A stretch of DNA of 63,035 nt, filler included, from Stramenopiles sp. TOSAG23-3 (GCA_900128585.1; 12 parts of 12 records of this genome joined end to end with filler, not necessarily neighbours in it), one strand, 5' to 3'; counted from the whole stretch's first letter, positions 49,603 to 60,672 are shown. A program made the numbers and translations. Notes: generated by a model not told the origin, from the letters alone.

Positions 49603-50645
49603 ATGCCGCTGAGGAAGCCGAAGGTTGGCCGGTACAGTCACACCGTTGTTGTGACGCTGTGCTTGGTTATCGCAATAGCATTGCTGTCTTTTTTAAAAAA
49701 CGGGCCATGGATTGAGAACAGTAATTCTATAGACGTGCGCGCAAGCTTAGGTGAGAGCGGCGCCCGTTGCAACACAGGGCTGGCTGTTGGAACGTGGAGA
49801 TCCTCGAGTTACAAAGACGACAGAAAGTGTAGGGGGGGGGGGGCACGATGTGCTTCCCGGGAGAAATGGTTTCCTTTGATTTTTCGAAGGAACTGAAACC
49901 GAACTGCAAAGGTGGCAGCGGGCGTAGCAATGGGGGGACGAAAGCGTTCGTGCACCGACGCGTTGAGTACTGGATTAACGCTTTCAGAAACCTCCGAGTG
50001 ACGGTCGTCGGTGACTCAATAGGAAGGCACTTTATGAAAGCATTTGTTAAAATGTTGGGGGGGGCAGTCGAATTTACGGCCCAAGATCGACATAGTGATA
50101 AAAAGGTTACGGTAGGGCGGGGCACGGAAGTTTCGTTCCGATGGCACCCCACCGCACAGAATCTAGAGGGCATAATGCAGGAGCGCTTCCATGACCAGCT
50201 TGAGAGATGTTGTTGCTCAGAGACTGAGGTTGTTCTGGTGACCAATGGTTTGTGGGATATACGGTGGACGGTCTCGATAGATAGATACGCCAAGAGGTTA
50301 CAGATCGTCTCGAAGATAATAGAACAAGCAAAGCAGCGTTGCCCACGGCTTTTGTTTGGGTTACTAATTCCCCCGATGCTAGATGTCACCATGCTGAATC
50401 CGGCGCGAGCGGTGAATATGACAGCGGCCAAATACAACTTGGTCATGGACGGGTTGCGCCGGTCCCAGCTGCACCGCACCGTGGATTTTGTCATTAATGG
50501 GACCCGCCTGGTGCCCTTGAATGCCCCTCGCCAGATATTTCTGGACGGCGTGCATCATAAGCCTGCGGTATATGAAGTTTTTTCAGAAATTTTCGCCAAC
50601 CACGTCGATCGTACGGTAGATTTCCAGAAAAGCCCAGGTGGGTAA
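49603..50645 (+). CDS. SGNH/PC-esterase (TBL/Cas1p-like O-acyltransferase), frameshifted at G12 tract 49832-49843
   Basis: The first frame gives a TM anchor and C..G.W motif; the downstream frame gives VVGDSIGR, NGLWD and DGVH. The frames join if the G tract is 11 or 14 nt. Confidence 0.75.
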
Positions 50646-50774
50646 GATGCACCACCGTTGCCTGTCGATTGGGCTGAAGGCATTTTTAGTCGCCTTTGTA
50701 AATAACATCGAAAAGGTGTCCGTAACGAAGAGGGGAAAAGGGGTTTACAAACTAGAGTCTAAATACCTCAGTTT

Positions 50775-51114
50775 AAACAAGAAAATTGGCTGTTATTTAA
50801 GTAATTTTAAAATTAATGTACTGCGAACTGAAATCTAGATTTAAGACATTCTAGGTTTACATTCCTTCATGAACTGCGAACTTATCTTTGCTCTTTTGGT
50901 TTTACTAATCGATATACCCTTGTTTCTTATATTTAATTCTCTCTTTTGTATTTCATGTGTACTTAGTAATAAAGTTCTAAGTAGTATGATACCTTTTATA
51001 TGTAACATAAACATTTTACTTATAAAATTTCGAAAGGTTTTTTTTTTTAATGTATATTTTACCTCAGTATTACATTAATTTTAATTACTTGAATAACAGC
51101 CAATTTTCTTGTTT
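50775..51114. mobile_element. Complete ~340-bp MITE-like element with ~45-bp terminal inverted repeats
   Basis: Left AAACAAGAAAATTGGCTGTTATTTAAGTAATTTTAAAATTAATGTA; right TACATTAATTTTAATTACTTGAATAACAGCCAATTTTCTTGTTT; non-coding AT-rich interior. Confidence 0.85.
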
Positions 51115-51292
51115 TATTTTACCTCTCTTCCACGAACTCCCAAGCATTGTTGTTGTGAACAGAAGATGTCGATTTCAAGATGTAAGACGTTGATGCTATT
51201 CCCATATAATTTGACCATCGCTCTTCAAAAATAAGAAACACGACCGTCGTTGTTTTTCTTTAAGTAAAATGCGATTGTAGACACCTGTTCAA

Positions 51293-51395
51293 NNNNNNNN
51301 NNNNNNNNNNNNNNNNNNNNNNNNNNNNNNNNNNNNNNNNNNNNNNNNNNNNNNNNNNNNNNNNNNNNNNNNNNNNNNNNNNNNNNNNNNNNNNN
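51293..51395. other. Internal scaffold gap (103 N, no stop linker)
   Basis: N run without the TTAATTAATTAA insert, inside the 46382-52888 segment. Confidence 0.9.
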
Positions 51396-52022
51396 TAAAT
51401 TGTTTGCCCTAAATTGACTTGGAATTTCGGTTCCTAGGGACAATTTTTAGTGAAATGAGCGATTTGGACCAAACACCACCCGAGCAAATACTTATTCCGT
51501 TTTAAATATTAGAAAAATGAACCGTACGGGAATAAATTTATTTATCTGAAAGCACTTTTGAGCCTTTAAATTCTCAAAAATGATCCTTTTTTCATAAAGA
51601 TCTCCTCGTCTCAAATAGTTAACACAAAGTCGTGGGCCATTTTTCAATTCCGCGCCAAAGATAGGTGCATCCGGAATATTTCGTCTCCCTTGTGATATTA
51701 ATGCTGTGTGAATATAATATTGAAATAACATGATCACAGTGTAATTTTGGTCCTGTGTATATAGTAATATTTGAGATGGGTAATATATAAAAAAAAAAAA
51801 AAAAGAAGAAATTTTTTAGTCTTCTCTAATATAATATAATAAAATAATGTTTTGATATTTCATTTTCAAATACTGCACCATCATTTGACAATTTAATGTA
51901 ACAAAACATTCCAAAGAAGAGCATTGTATATGCGAATGAAGAAAGGAACGACGGATTGAAAAGTAACGACCTGTCTGAACTGAACTGAACAGAAACATCG
52001 TGGTATTCAAAACATCCCAAAG

Positions 52023-52664
52023 ATGATTCGAGCGTGGAGCTTGTACTCGAAATGGTTAAACTCATACCCTCTGCAAACCAACCTTGTGACGTCTTTTTTT
52101 GTGGGGTTTTTCGGGGATCGCTTGGCGCAAAGTTTCGAGCGTGTGCACGATAGTGAGGATAGGGAAACTGCGGTCCATTCTAAGAGCAATTCTATCTACC
52201 GTTCAGTAAAGGTTGGCACGTTTTTCGTTTGTTCGTCTTTTCCCCTCTTTCATTGGTATAGGTTTTTGGACGTCCGGTTCCCTACAACGGTTGGGAAAGT
52301 CCCGTTGAAAAAAGCGATACGACGGGTCATACCAAAGGTGCTCTCGAACCAGTGCATTGCCGCCCCCGTCAACAATTCATTTTTTTACACCTATGTGATC
52401 TGCTTTGACCACATTTTTCAGGATACACACGGTCCTCGGGTGAATTTAGGCGGCGACAATCGACCAGCTTTGACAGACACCGTAAAGGCGAAACTGACAG
52501 CGGAGATGCCTACCACGACTCGGAATAGTTTTTGCTTTTTTGGGCCACTGCATACGATGAACTTTTTGTTTTTGCCGTCGCACACTCGCATTCTTTTCAA
52601 CAGTGTGGCGGGCGTAAGTTGGGTATGTTACCTTAGCATAATGGGCCATAAGAGGGACCTTTAA
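52023..52664 (+). CDS. Mpv17/PMP22 family membrane protein
   Basis: YSKWLNSYPLQTNLVTS..GDRLAQ, HWYRFLD, KVLSNQ..AP, NFLFLP..RILF..W..YLS. Confidence 0.9.
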   Translation: MIRAWSLYSKWLNSYPLQTNLVTSFFVGFFGDRLAQSFERVHDSEDRETAVHSKSNSIYRSVKVGTFFVCSSFPLFHWYRFLDVRFPTTVGKVPLKKAIRRVIPKVLSNQCIAAPVNNSFFYTYVICFDHIFQDTHGPRVNLGGDNRPALTDTVKAKLTAEMPTTTRNSFCFFGPLHTMNFLFLPSHTRILFNSVAGVSWVCYLSIMGHKRDL

Positions 52665-52809
52665 TTTACGCGGGGTTGGAAGTGAAACGCAGGTTGTGAT
52701 ATAAATAAATAAGAGACGGAAACATATCATATCATAATGATACATTAAATGAAATGATTTGGCAAACGCTGCGTAAGTCTTTCAGAGACTAGAGAGTACT
52801 TCTTTAAGT

Positions 52810-52888
52810 CAAGAAAATTGGCTGTTATTTAAGTAATTAAAATTAATGTACTGCGAACTGAATGTACTGCGAACTGAAAACTGAAAAC
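52810..52888 (+). mobile_element. MITE-like left end at contig terminus
   Basis: CAAGAAAATTGGCTGTTATTTAAGTAATTAAAATTAATGTACTGCGAACTG with a tandem duplication of AATGTACTGCGAACTG; the assembly breaks here. Confidence 0.85.
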
Positions 52889-53118
52889 NNNNNNNNNNNN
52901 NNNNNNNNNNNNNNNNNNNNNNNNNNNNNNNNTTAATTAATTAANNNNNNNNNNNNNNNNNNNNNNNNNNNNNNNNNNNNNNNNNNNNTATAATTTAAAA
53001 TATAATAGTCCTGGAGTCAGTTTGTTTTATTAGTGGTTTTTTTTTTAATAAAGTTAAAACCGATTTCATAAAAGCTCGTGAGCCCTAAAGTGACGTCTTC
53101 ATTCTGTCATTTAAAACG

Positions 53119-54423
53119 ATGTTAAAAGTTACCATACTTTGTCTTGTGGTGCTGTTTCTGCCTGCGACGAACGGTTCGTCGCACAGCCGGTTTTACGACC
53201 TGAAAAGCGCGGAAGAACTCTTTAAAGGTTTTGTGTCCCGTTTTCGCCGTAAATACTCTAACACGAGCGAGTACGGCGCTAGGTTTCAAATATTTCAGGA
53301 AACGATAAAACGAATTAATGCAAGGAACGAAAAAACGGAGGAGGCCTTGCACGGAATCACACGATTCGCGGACAAGACTGCTGAAGAGTGGGAACGCATA
53401 ATTGGTTCCAGCAGCCAGCCGAGTTTTTTTACGGCGCCGTCAGACAATAACGGCACAGGGAGTCCTTATGTGCCTCCCCCACCCGGGAACTGCTCCAAGA
53501 ATTGGGTCGAGAATAGCTTTCAGTACACTGTTCGCAACCAGCTTGGTTGTGGTAATTGTTGGTCCTATGCTGTCCCCGAAACGATCCGTGATAATTTTTA
53601 TGTGCGGCATGGGAAAGACCCAGGACGGCTGTCGTCCCAGTTCTTGACGGACTGTGCGACGACAGCCTGGGTTTGCAGCGGTGATGCAAAAGTAAAAAAT
53701 GGATGCTGTGGTGGCGATCCTTTCATGGCAATGAATTGGATAGCAAAGAATGGCATAGCAACAACGGAGGCGTATGGTGGGGAAAAGTATGATCCAAGCC
53801 TGCTGGCGAACGTCTCCGAATCCGCTTTAGATCCCGACAAACTTTTCAAATGCAAGGCGTCGGTGCGCCGTGTGGTCTATACCGCATCACCACCGCAACT
53901 CATAACCGGCGTAGGTTATTTCAATATGACGGAGGAACGCATGGACACTCTTAAGCGCATTAGGGACAAAAATGGGACCATCGCTGCTGCGCGCTATGCA
54001 TGCACGCATTTCGGAATATTTTGCCCTGTCCCCGGTACTCGTTTGCTTCGATCGCCAGAACCGTACATTCTCAACCAGGTATGCAACGTCGGCCCGATCG
54101 TCATTGGCGTGTGCGGCAAAGACCTAGGCACGTACGTCTCTGGTGTTATCACAGCAGATACTTGCTGTAATACTCTAAGCCACAGTGTACAATTGGTGGG
54201 TTTTGACGGAGAAAAGCAAGCGTACATTGTTCGAAACAGCTGGGGTGGCTTAGGGGGGGACAAATCAAACTTTGGAGTAAGTCCTTTTCCGCCGTACGAA
54301 CCGTATCACCAATTGCCAGACGGTAATTGGACCAATGGCGGGTATTTTCTGCTCAAATATGGTCAAAATACATGCGGAGCAGCAACTCGTGCCATAAAAA
54401 CCCCAGAGTTGACCCTCGCGTAG
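53119..54423 (+). CDS. Papain-family (C1A) cysteine protease with signal peptide and I29 propeptide
   Basis: ERFNIN-like EYGARFQIFQETIKRINARN, GITRFAD, catalytic QLGCGNCW, HSVQLVG, RNSWG. Confidence 0.92.
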   Translation: MLKVTILCLVVLFLPATNGSSHSRFYDLKSAEELFKGFVSRFRRKYSNTSEYGARFQIFQETIKRINARNEKTEEALHGITRFADKTAEEWERIIGSSSQPSFFTAPSDNNGTGSPYVPPPPGNCSKNWVENSFQYTVRNQLGCGNCWSYAVPETIRDNFYVRHGKDPGRLSSQFLTDCATTAWVCSGDAKVKNGCCGGDPFMAMNWIAKNGIATTEAYGGEKYDPSLLANVSESALDPDKLFKCKASVRRVVYTASPPQLITGVGYFNMTEERMDTLKRIRDKNGTIAAARYACTHFGIFCPVPGTRLLRSPEPYILNQVCNVGPIVIGVCGKDLGTYVSGVITADTCCNTLSHSVQLVGFDGEKQAYIVRNSWGGLGGDKSNFGVSPFPPYEPYHQLPDGNWTNGGYFLLKYGQNTCGAATRAIKTPELTLA

Positions 54424-55078
54424 GCACAAGAGGATGGTCTAAAGAGTGAAATATGTGAATAGTCTATACTGTAAAATATATTTACTTACTTACATCTTTG
54501 TAATCTTTAAAATATTTTTTATTAGACTAAGAAAGATACATATTATTACATACTGTGGTGTGCTGTTGAGTTTTCTTCATTTTTTTATCATTATTTTATT
54601 ATTATTATTAAAACTTAACAGGAGCACAGTAGTAGCACAGTACAATATATATTCGTCTAATAATAAATAGTTAATATCTCGAAAGAAGAAGAAGTATCTA
54701 ATATTTTTTTTATTTATTACAGGTATAATACAGTAATACAGGAAGGAATAATAAAACAAAACCGTACCTGTATTAATAATCCAGGATGGAAGTGTTTTTC
54801 TAATCGCTTGGTGGTAGACTACAGTACCCAGTTAGTAGTTGATTTTGAAGAAGTGTTGTTTTGTAGTCGCCGCCGGTCGCCTCCCTCGGTTGGTAATAAA
54901 TAAATTTGGGACTATTAATGAAAAAGAATAATAGATAAAAAATATTTGAATGTTTAGGTATGTGCAGAAAAAAGGAGCACATATGAACGGGGTTGTCAGA
55001 AAAAAGTGCAATCAATTGCGCGTTGTTTTGGGCTTTCAACTGGTAGTTTGTTTTTGCATAGACTGTTAGTCGGCTGGA

Positions 55079-56407
55079 ATGCGTCCCGCTATCCGGGTTT
55101 TCCAGAACGTCTGGCATCCTGGGAGTTTTAGGGAGTGCCGCAATGTGGGGGGTAAGACGGGGTTTGCCAGAGCTAAACCGCACTTTGCAACGATGACGTT
55201 AGGGGTTGGAAAAATATACCGTATAAATTTTATCGAGCACGACGATGAAAGCCACGAAAACGCTGGAAAGGTACCGCTTCTTACTCGGAGGCAGTTGAAG
55301 ACCCCAAATTTTTTTGACTCTCTTTTGGACAATATAGAGCAAGGAACAAGCGGCAGATTTATCATTCCTGCTGATGTCGCCGAAGAAATGGTTCAGCAGC
55401 AAACCCCCGAAAGCTTGGAGGAGGAAATGGCAGAAGTCAGACAGATGGCTGCAGGCTATGGGGGGAAGGAGAGCGATGATCTTGCACCAACGGTCAACCG
55501 TGGCGGTGCTGTGAATACCGCCTTGGTGGAGTCTCTGAAAATACATTCAGTGCCCCTGGACGATGTGTTGAACTCCACGGCGGGGAGTGATGCCGCATTG
55601 GTTTCGGCGAATGAGAATGTACCAGACCATATTATCAATGCGGCGGGCCTTGGTACTGAAGCGGGCATGCAATTTGTAAATAAAACTAGGGGAGATAACC
55701 CAGCGCCGCTTGACAAGTCTGCAGGAGTGAGCACAAAAGTAGAAGCAGCCCACCCATTTTTGAACGCTGCACGCTCGCACGATATTGAGTCTCTCGTTCG
55801 AATGGTTGCGCGTGAAAACATCGACATAAATATGAGAGAGAGAAAAAATGGTGGTACGGCCCTTCACTACATCGCACTAACGCCGGCGCAGTCCGCGAAT
55901 TCAGAGTCCACGGGCTTTAAGGAGATGGACACCGCCGTGGTTCTGAGTTTGGGCACGGAAGATCTTCAGGGGAACGATTCGGCGCAGTTGTGCATTGATG
56001 CTGTAATTGAGCTGAATGCAGATGTCAATGCAAGGGCAACGAATGGGTCCACTCCTTTGCACTGGGCTGCAGGCGCTGGGAATGCATCGGCAGTAGAACG
56101 GTTGCTCGACCATGGAGCTGACCCAACCGTGAGGACGTACACGTGGGGAAGCCAGGTATTTGGCCGGGGGAGTGGGCAAACTGCTGCCCATTGGGCAAGC
56201 GAATCTGGGAATACAGATGCATTGAACATAATTTTGGACGCGCATCCCCATTCCATCCTGTTTCAGGACGAAAGAGAGAAAGTCCCAGTTGATCTAGCAA
56301 CGGTTGAACTCCAAGCTGACGCTATCGTTGCAATTGAAGAGAGAAAGCAAGAAAGCTACGTTTGCGTTCAGATTACCCTGGAGTCCAGAGGGGGGATGAT
56401 GCTTTGA
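55079..56407 (+). CDS. Ankyrin-repeat protein with uncharacterised N-terminal half
   Basis: GGTALHY, GSTPLHWAAGAG, GQTAAHWASESG. Confidence 0.85.
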   Translation: MRPAIRVFQNVWHPGSFRECRNVGGKTGFARAKPHFATMTLGVGKIYRINFIEHDDESHENAGKVPLLTRRQLKTPNFFDSLLDNIEQGTSGRFIIPADVAEEMVQQQTPESLEEEMAEVRQMAAGYGGKESDDLAPTVNRGGAVNTALVESLKIHSVPLDDVLNSTAGSDAALVSANENVPDHIINAAGLGTEAGMQFVNKTRGDNPAPLDKSAGVSTKVEAAHPFLNAARSHDIESLVRMVARENIDINMRERKNGGTALHYIALTPAQSANSESTGFKEMDTAVVLSLGTEDLQGNDSAQLCIDAVIELNADVNARATNGSTPLHWAAGAGNASAVERLLDHGADPTVRTYTWGSQVFGRGSGQTAAHWASESGNTDALNIILDAHPHSILFQDEREKVPVDLATVELQADAIVAIEERKQESYVCVQITLESRGGMML

Positions 56408-56593
56408 TCGTGTGTGGTGGGGTATAAGAATTATGCTGTAAAATAAATAAGGAGTACGTGGTATGTTTATTTTAAAATCACTATAACTATTATATGTTTC
56501 ATACGGCTTCCTGTTGCTATATTTTTAGATATTTTAAAATTATCTCTAAAATGGCCAGAAACACAACCAGCCCTTTGCCCACAACGAACGTGT

Positions 56594-57457
56594 TTACGTG
56601 TTCTTGCGCCTACGCAATGGATTGTTCTTCGTGTTTCGAACAAGGTGAATCTCGGTGTTTGACTTCTGGGTTGTCTTTTTTCCGTGCTTCCGAAGGTTCA
56701 AGCTTGGTTCGCCCCCCCTATCATTACGCCGCGAATACTCAGTGACAACAAACAAGAGCGCAGCGAAGACTGAGGCGCCGAACATAAAGCCTGCCACAAT
56801 GGGGTTTCTCTTGGTGAAGGTCAAGCCCACAAAAAAACTGAAGGAAATGCAATATATAGCAGGCCTGCTTCGATCCTTCACGGCACTCAACGTCCCGGCA
56901 CCGTCCTTTTTCGTCCCGTCCTTTTTTGCCCGTTTGCCCCTGGCCGCGCTTGATTTCAAAATTTTTCCTAGCCTTTTTCTGCCCTTCGCTGTAGCGTACT
57001 CCCTAGCAGTCAACTTCCGACGCCCAACCAACGGATCGATTACCCGTGCCCGAATACGAGTATCCGCACCATACCGTAGTAATGTGTAAGCAAACCTAGT
57101 CCTCATCTTAGATCCCGACCGACCCAAATCTCTAACAATATAGTGCATTGGAGTTTCCCCCCCGTCTATGTTGCCTCCCACCCTCGCGTTGGGGTCCGCG
57201 CCACCAGCAAGTAAAGCTTCCAATATTGTCATACTGTTTATGACCAAACATGCGCAATGCAATGGGTACATTCCTGTGTAGTCCATTACGTTTGGATCGG
57301 CACCATTTCTAAGCAAAGATGATACCAATTTTCTTTTCCCATCCATACAAGCTGCAGTCAAAGGATTCTGCCCCGTGCGAAGGAACAGCGCTTTTTCGTC
57401 TGCGTAATTCGGGGGAGGATCGTCATCCTCTGAGTCGCTGCCAAATAGAAAAGACAT
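56594..57457 (-). CDS. Ankyrin-repeat protein with two C-terminal TM segments
   Basis: GQNPLTAAC, GMYPLHCAC, GETPMHY; hydrophobic AIYCISFSFFVGLTF and IVAGFMFGASVFAALLFVV. Confidence 0.85.
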   Translation of the reverse strand: MSFLFGSDSEDDDPPPNYADEKALFLRTGQNPLTAACMDGKRKLVSSLLRNGADPNVMDYTGMYPLHCACLVINSMTILEALLAGGADPNARVGGNIDGGETPMHYIVRDLGRSGSKMRTRFAYTLLRYGADTRIRARVIDPLVGRRKLTAREYATAKGRKRLGKILKSSAARGKRAKKDGTKKDGAGTLSAVKDRSRPAIYCISFSFFVGLTFTKRNPIVAGFMFGASVFAALLFVVTEYSRRNDRGGEPSLNLRKHGKKTTQKSNTEIHLVRNTKNNPLRRRKNT

Positions 57458-58175
57458 ATGCAGTGCGTGGAACGTGGAACAAAAGGCTGATAAAGCTAGC
57501 GGCCTTGTTGGTGAACGGTGTAATACTGTGGGGGGGGGGGGTGATCTGGACTAAAAAGTAGGACCCATCAGTAGATTCGTGGATTTCTTAATTTTTGCTC
57601 CCTTTCAACGCACTCAAATGTGAAAAAATGGTTAGTCAATATTAGTCTATATATATTATTTCCATCCTTCTTCTTTCTTACTTCTTCGTCGTCCTTTTTT
57701 TTTCCCCCTCTTCTTTTCTTCTTCTACTTGGTGGTATTATATTATTTATAAAATATTACCGGTCCCAACAAGGTATTACAGTATTGGTTCGACTTATCGT
57801 ATTGTATTTAATGATTATATTGCGTACGCGTTTCTTTTTCTATTATCTATATATTATTACGTTTTGCTTCGTATGTGGTAGACACTATTATATAAAATAT
57901 TTAGATCTTCTTTCGTTGCAGTCGTCATCGTCCGTATAAAATAGTCTAAATAATAATGACCAATTAAGCTAAAACTCTCGTGAACTGTACGTATAACAGT
58001 CTAATGCACTCGTACTCTACGAGAAGTCGTCTAATAAAATAATAAATTAGAACTTGTAAAGGAGCCTAAGTAGCCTAAGTACGAAGAAGGTATAATATTT
58101 CCAGGTTTGACATGACATACTTGGTATTAATACAGGTATGGAAGGGTTCCTGGAAACGGTGTACCGGCAAAGTAA

Positions 58176-59324
58176 TCACTGCTCCTGGTCCAATCTCTGC
58201 TGAAGGTGCATGGCACCCCGGTATCTTGCGATATCAGCTTCTAGCCTTCTTCTCGTTACTTGCTCTTCCCGCAACTGATCTCGTGTGCCCAGCAACTGTT
58301 GGACGGTTGCATTATGAAGGGCTTTCAACTGCTTTAGTTCAGCGCCTTGCCCTACGGTGGCTCGCTCAAGCGCTGCAGATTTCGATCTTAGATTTGAATT
58401 AGTTTGCGAAAGCGATGAAATTTCGTGGGTCAGCGACATCGTTTCTTCCCGTAATCGTTTCTGGGACTCAACAAAATCTACTCTCTCCGCGCGAAGATCT
58501 TTTCTGGCGTCCCCTTCATCTTTTGAAGCCTTTTCCATCATTTCCTTTAACTGTGCGCATGCCTCCTCCGCCGTGCGCTGGGCGGAGTAAGCTGATTCTG
58601 TATTCATCAGTTCTTTGGTTAGCTCCTCCTGAAACCTCTTGGTAGTCTCTTGGGACAGCTCCAAACTTCGTTCTAGTGCTAGGACTCGGGTTGCTAGCTC
58701 TTGCTTCGCGCCCTCTTGTATTTCGCACCGTTCGCCCAACTTTTCGACCACCCCAGAGATTTCTAAGTTACTAGCCCGTGCTTTTGCCTCTGCAGCCTTA
58801 AACCTCTCGACTTCTTCTTCGGCCAGGCGCAATTTAACCGTGCTAACTGTGACAACCCGCCGGAGCTCCTCTATTTCTAGGTTTTTCTCTCTCATAATAC
58901 TGGCATAGTCCTTGGCTGCACTCATAATTGAGAGCTCGGGCGACCCATTGTTGCTGGTAGATTTTTCGTTTGCGTGGCTACTTCTAGAATGAAACTGCGA
59001 CTGGTGGTTGGCACGGTGCGGTGACCCAAGAGCAGAAGCTCTCAGTGGGGATCTCGTGGAACTTCCGTTACGAGAGACACCGGCATTACCGCTCACAGAT
59101 TCGAACTGCAGCTGAACGCCCTTAAGATCAGGGGAGGTGGGCATTGAGCTCGCTCTTATGGCGCTGTTGTCTCGACTAATTTGCTGCAACCTAGCGGAAC
59201 TTTGTGAGTCCGCCAACCGTGAAGATATACGGTTCAGCCTATCCTCGTGCTTTCTCATGGACTCCGAGAGGGCCCTGGACTTTTCCCGAAGTTTAGCGAG
59301 GCGGGCATCTGTCTCATACGACAT
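58176..59324 (-). CDS. Coiled-coil protein with Ser-rich linker
   Basis: 382-aa ORF with a heptad-rich C-terminal half. Confidence 0.75.
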   Translation of the reverse strand: MSYETDARLAKLREKSRALSESMRKHEDRLNRISSRLADSQSSARLQQISRDNSAIRASSMPTSPDLKGVQLQFESVSGNAGVSRNGSSTRSPLRASALGSPHRANHQSQFHSRSSHANEKSTSNNGSPELSIMSAAKDYASIMREKNLEIEELRRVVTVSTVKLRLAEEEVERFKAAEAKARASNLEISGVVEKLGERCEIQEGAKQELATRVLALERSLELSQETTKRFQEELTKELMNTESAYSAQRTAEEACAQLKEMMEKASKDEGDARKDLRAERVDFVESQKRLREETMSLTHEISSLSQTNSNLRSKSAALERATVGQGAELKQLKALHNATVQQLLGTRDQLREEQVTRRRLEADIARYRGAMHLQQRLDQEQ

Positions 59325-60096
59325 GGTCGGCTATTCAATATAAGGTTTGGTTGTAGCACATATCAGACAAGCTCAAGCAACGAAAAAATGGATGATTTTT
59401 CCCCGTTCGAAATGTTTCGTGTCATATCAAAATTTATTTAGTCACAATAATCCTTTAAAATATTATACATACCACACCCAACGAACAATTNNNNNNNNNN
59501 NNNNNNNNNNNNNNNNNNNNNNNNNNNNNNNNNNTTAATTAATTAANNNNNNNNNNNNNNNNNNNNNNNNNNNNNNNNNNNNNNNNNNNNAAACTCAAAT
59601 GTCATTTTTCTTCCTTTTTTTGTTATTTTGCCTGCTATTTACCTTGTGCAACTTTGTGTTTAACTTTTTTGAGTTGAATTTCCTATCTTGTTTACGTACT
59701 TGTAAATCTCTCTACACTACTAATATATCAAAGTGTTTCCCGTAAAACGTCACTTTCGTTTATATCTTAAGAGACAATACAAGTACACATTGCCTATATA
59801 ACGTGTTTCTCTAGTTTTTTTGTAAAAATTGTTGATTTTTTATATGAACGATTATTTCCGTTATATAGGCAATGCGTACTTGTAGTATTTCAAAAAAAAA
59901 AAACGTTTTATATAGTATATTTTACGACTCTCTCATTCTCATTGGTCATTAGGATTATTTCATCGAAATATCTAATTATATAGTATGTTTTTTTAAGACT
60001 CTCAAGATTATCCAAATTGTAAAACTGATTTATTCATGTGACCATACTAAACCTGTGAAAACTGTGAATCGTATCCTTGAGGGCCAATTTTGTCTT

Positions 60097-60672
60097 TTAT
60101 AGACAAAAAAGCACTGCCACAAGCAAGGTCAGAACTTTCAACGGCGAAAACCCACCCGCCGGGATGGTTCTTCCGGCGGCGTCCAAGTCGTCCTCAACGT
60201 ATCGGAATTTCTTCTTGTCCACGCCACAGACACGATCCGACGATGCGGTCCCCTCTGCAAGCTCTTCGTCCAGCCCACTGCACGCGGTCCATTTTCTGCA
60301 CTCTTCCAAGTTCGATGCATTTGTAAACTTTCCAGAGCCGCACGCGGTGCACGCGCGGTTCACTTTGTTTGAACCCCCCCGAGAGACGTACTTGCCGGCA
60401 GAACAGTTTGCCCAGGATTGGCAAACGTTTTCGTTCGACAGCACGGAAAATTTGCCGGAGGGGCAATCCACGCATGTCCGATCTACTTGGCTTGTGCCCT
60501 TCGTTGCAACAAACTTCCCTCCCAAGCAGTTGGTCCATTCTGTGCACGTAGCAGCTGACAGGAGGGAAAACGTTCCCAAACCGCATGCCGTGCACGACCT
60601 GTCGCTCGTTGCATTGCCATTCTCTGAGATAACGCTTCCCGCCGCGCAATCTGTCATACGTGTGCAGGCGTG
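60097..60672 (-). CDS. 5'-partial Cys-rich (TNFR-like) repeat surface protein with hydrophobic C-terminus
   Basis: About 42-aa repeats CxxWTxCxxGx5GTxxxDRxCxxCxxGxFS; ends LKVLTLLVAVLFCL*. Confidence 0.8.
   Translation of the reverse strand, partial: HACTRMTDCAAGSVISENGNATSDRSCTACGLGTFSLLSAATCTEWTNCLGGKFVATKGTSQVDRTCVDCPSGKFSVLSNENVCQSWANCSAGKYVSRGGSNKVNRACTACGSGKFTNASNLEECRKWTACSGLDEELAEGTASSDRVCGVDKKKFRYVEDDLDAAGRTIPAGGFSPLKVLTLLVAVLFCL

Noticed and set aside
51396-51720. Possible transposon fragment beside the scaffold gap
   Set aside because: No second copy, terminal repeat or coding similarity visible in this window.
39774-52888. One defence island spanning the SIR2 gene, ankyrin gene, DUF5672 gene and hairpin
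   Set aside because: The linker at 46282-46381 separates two independent contigs.
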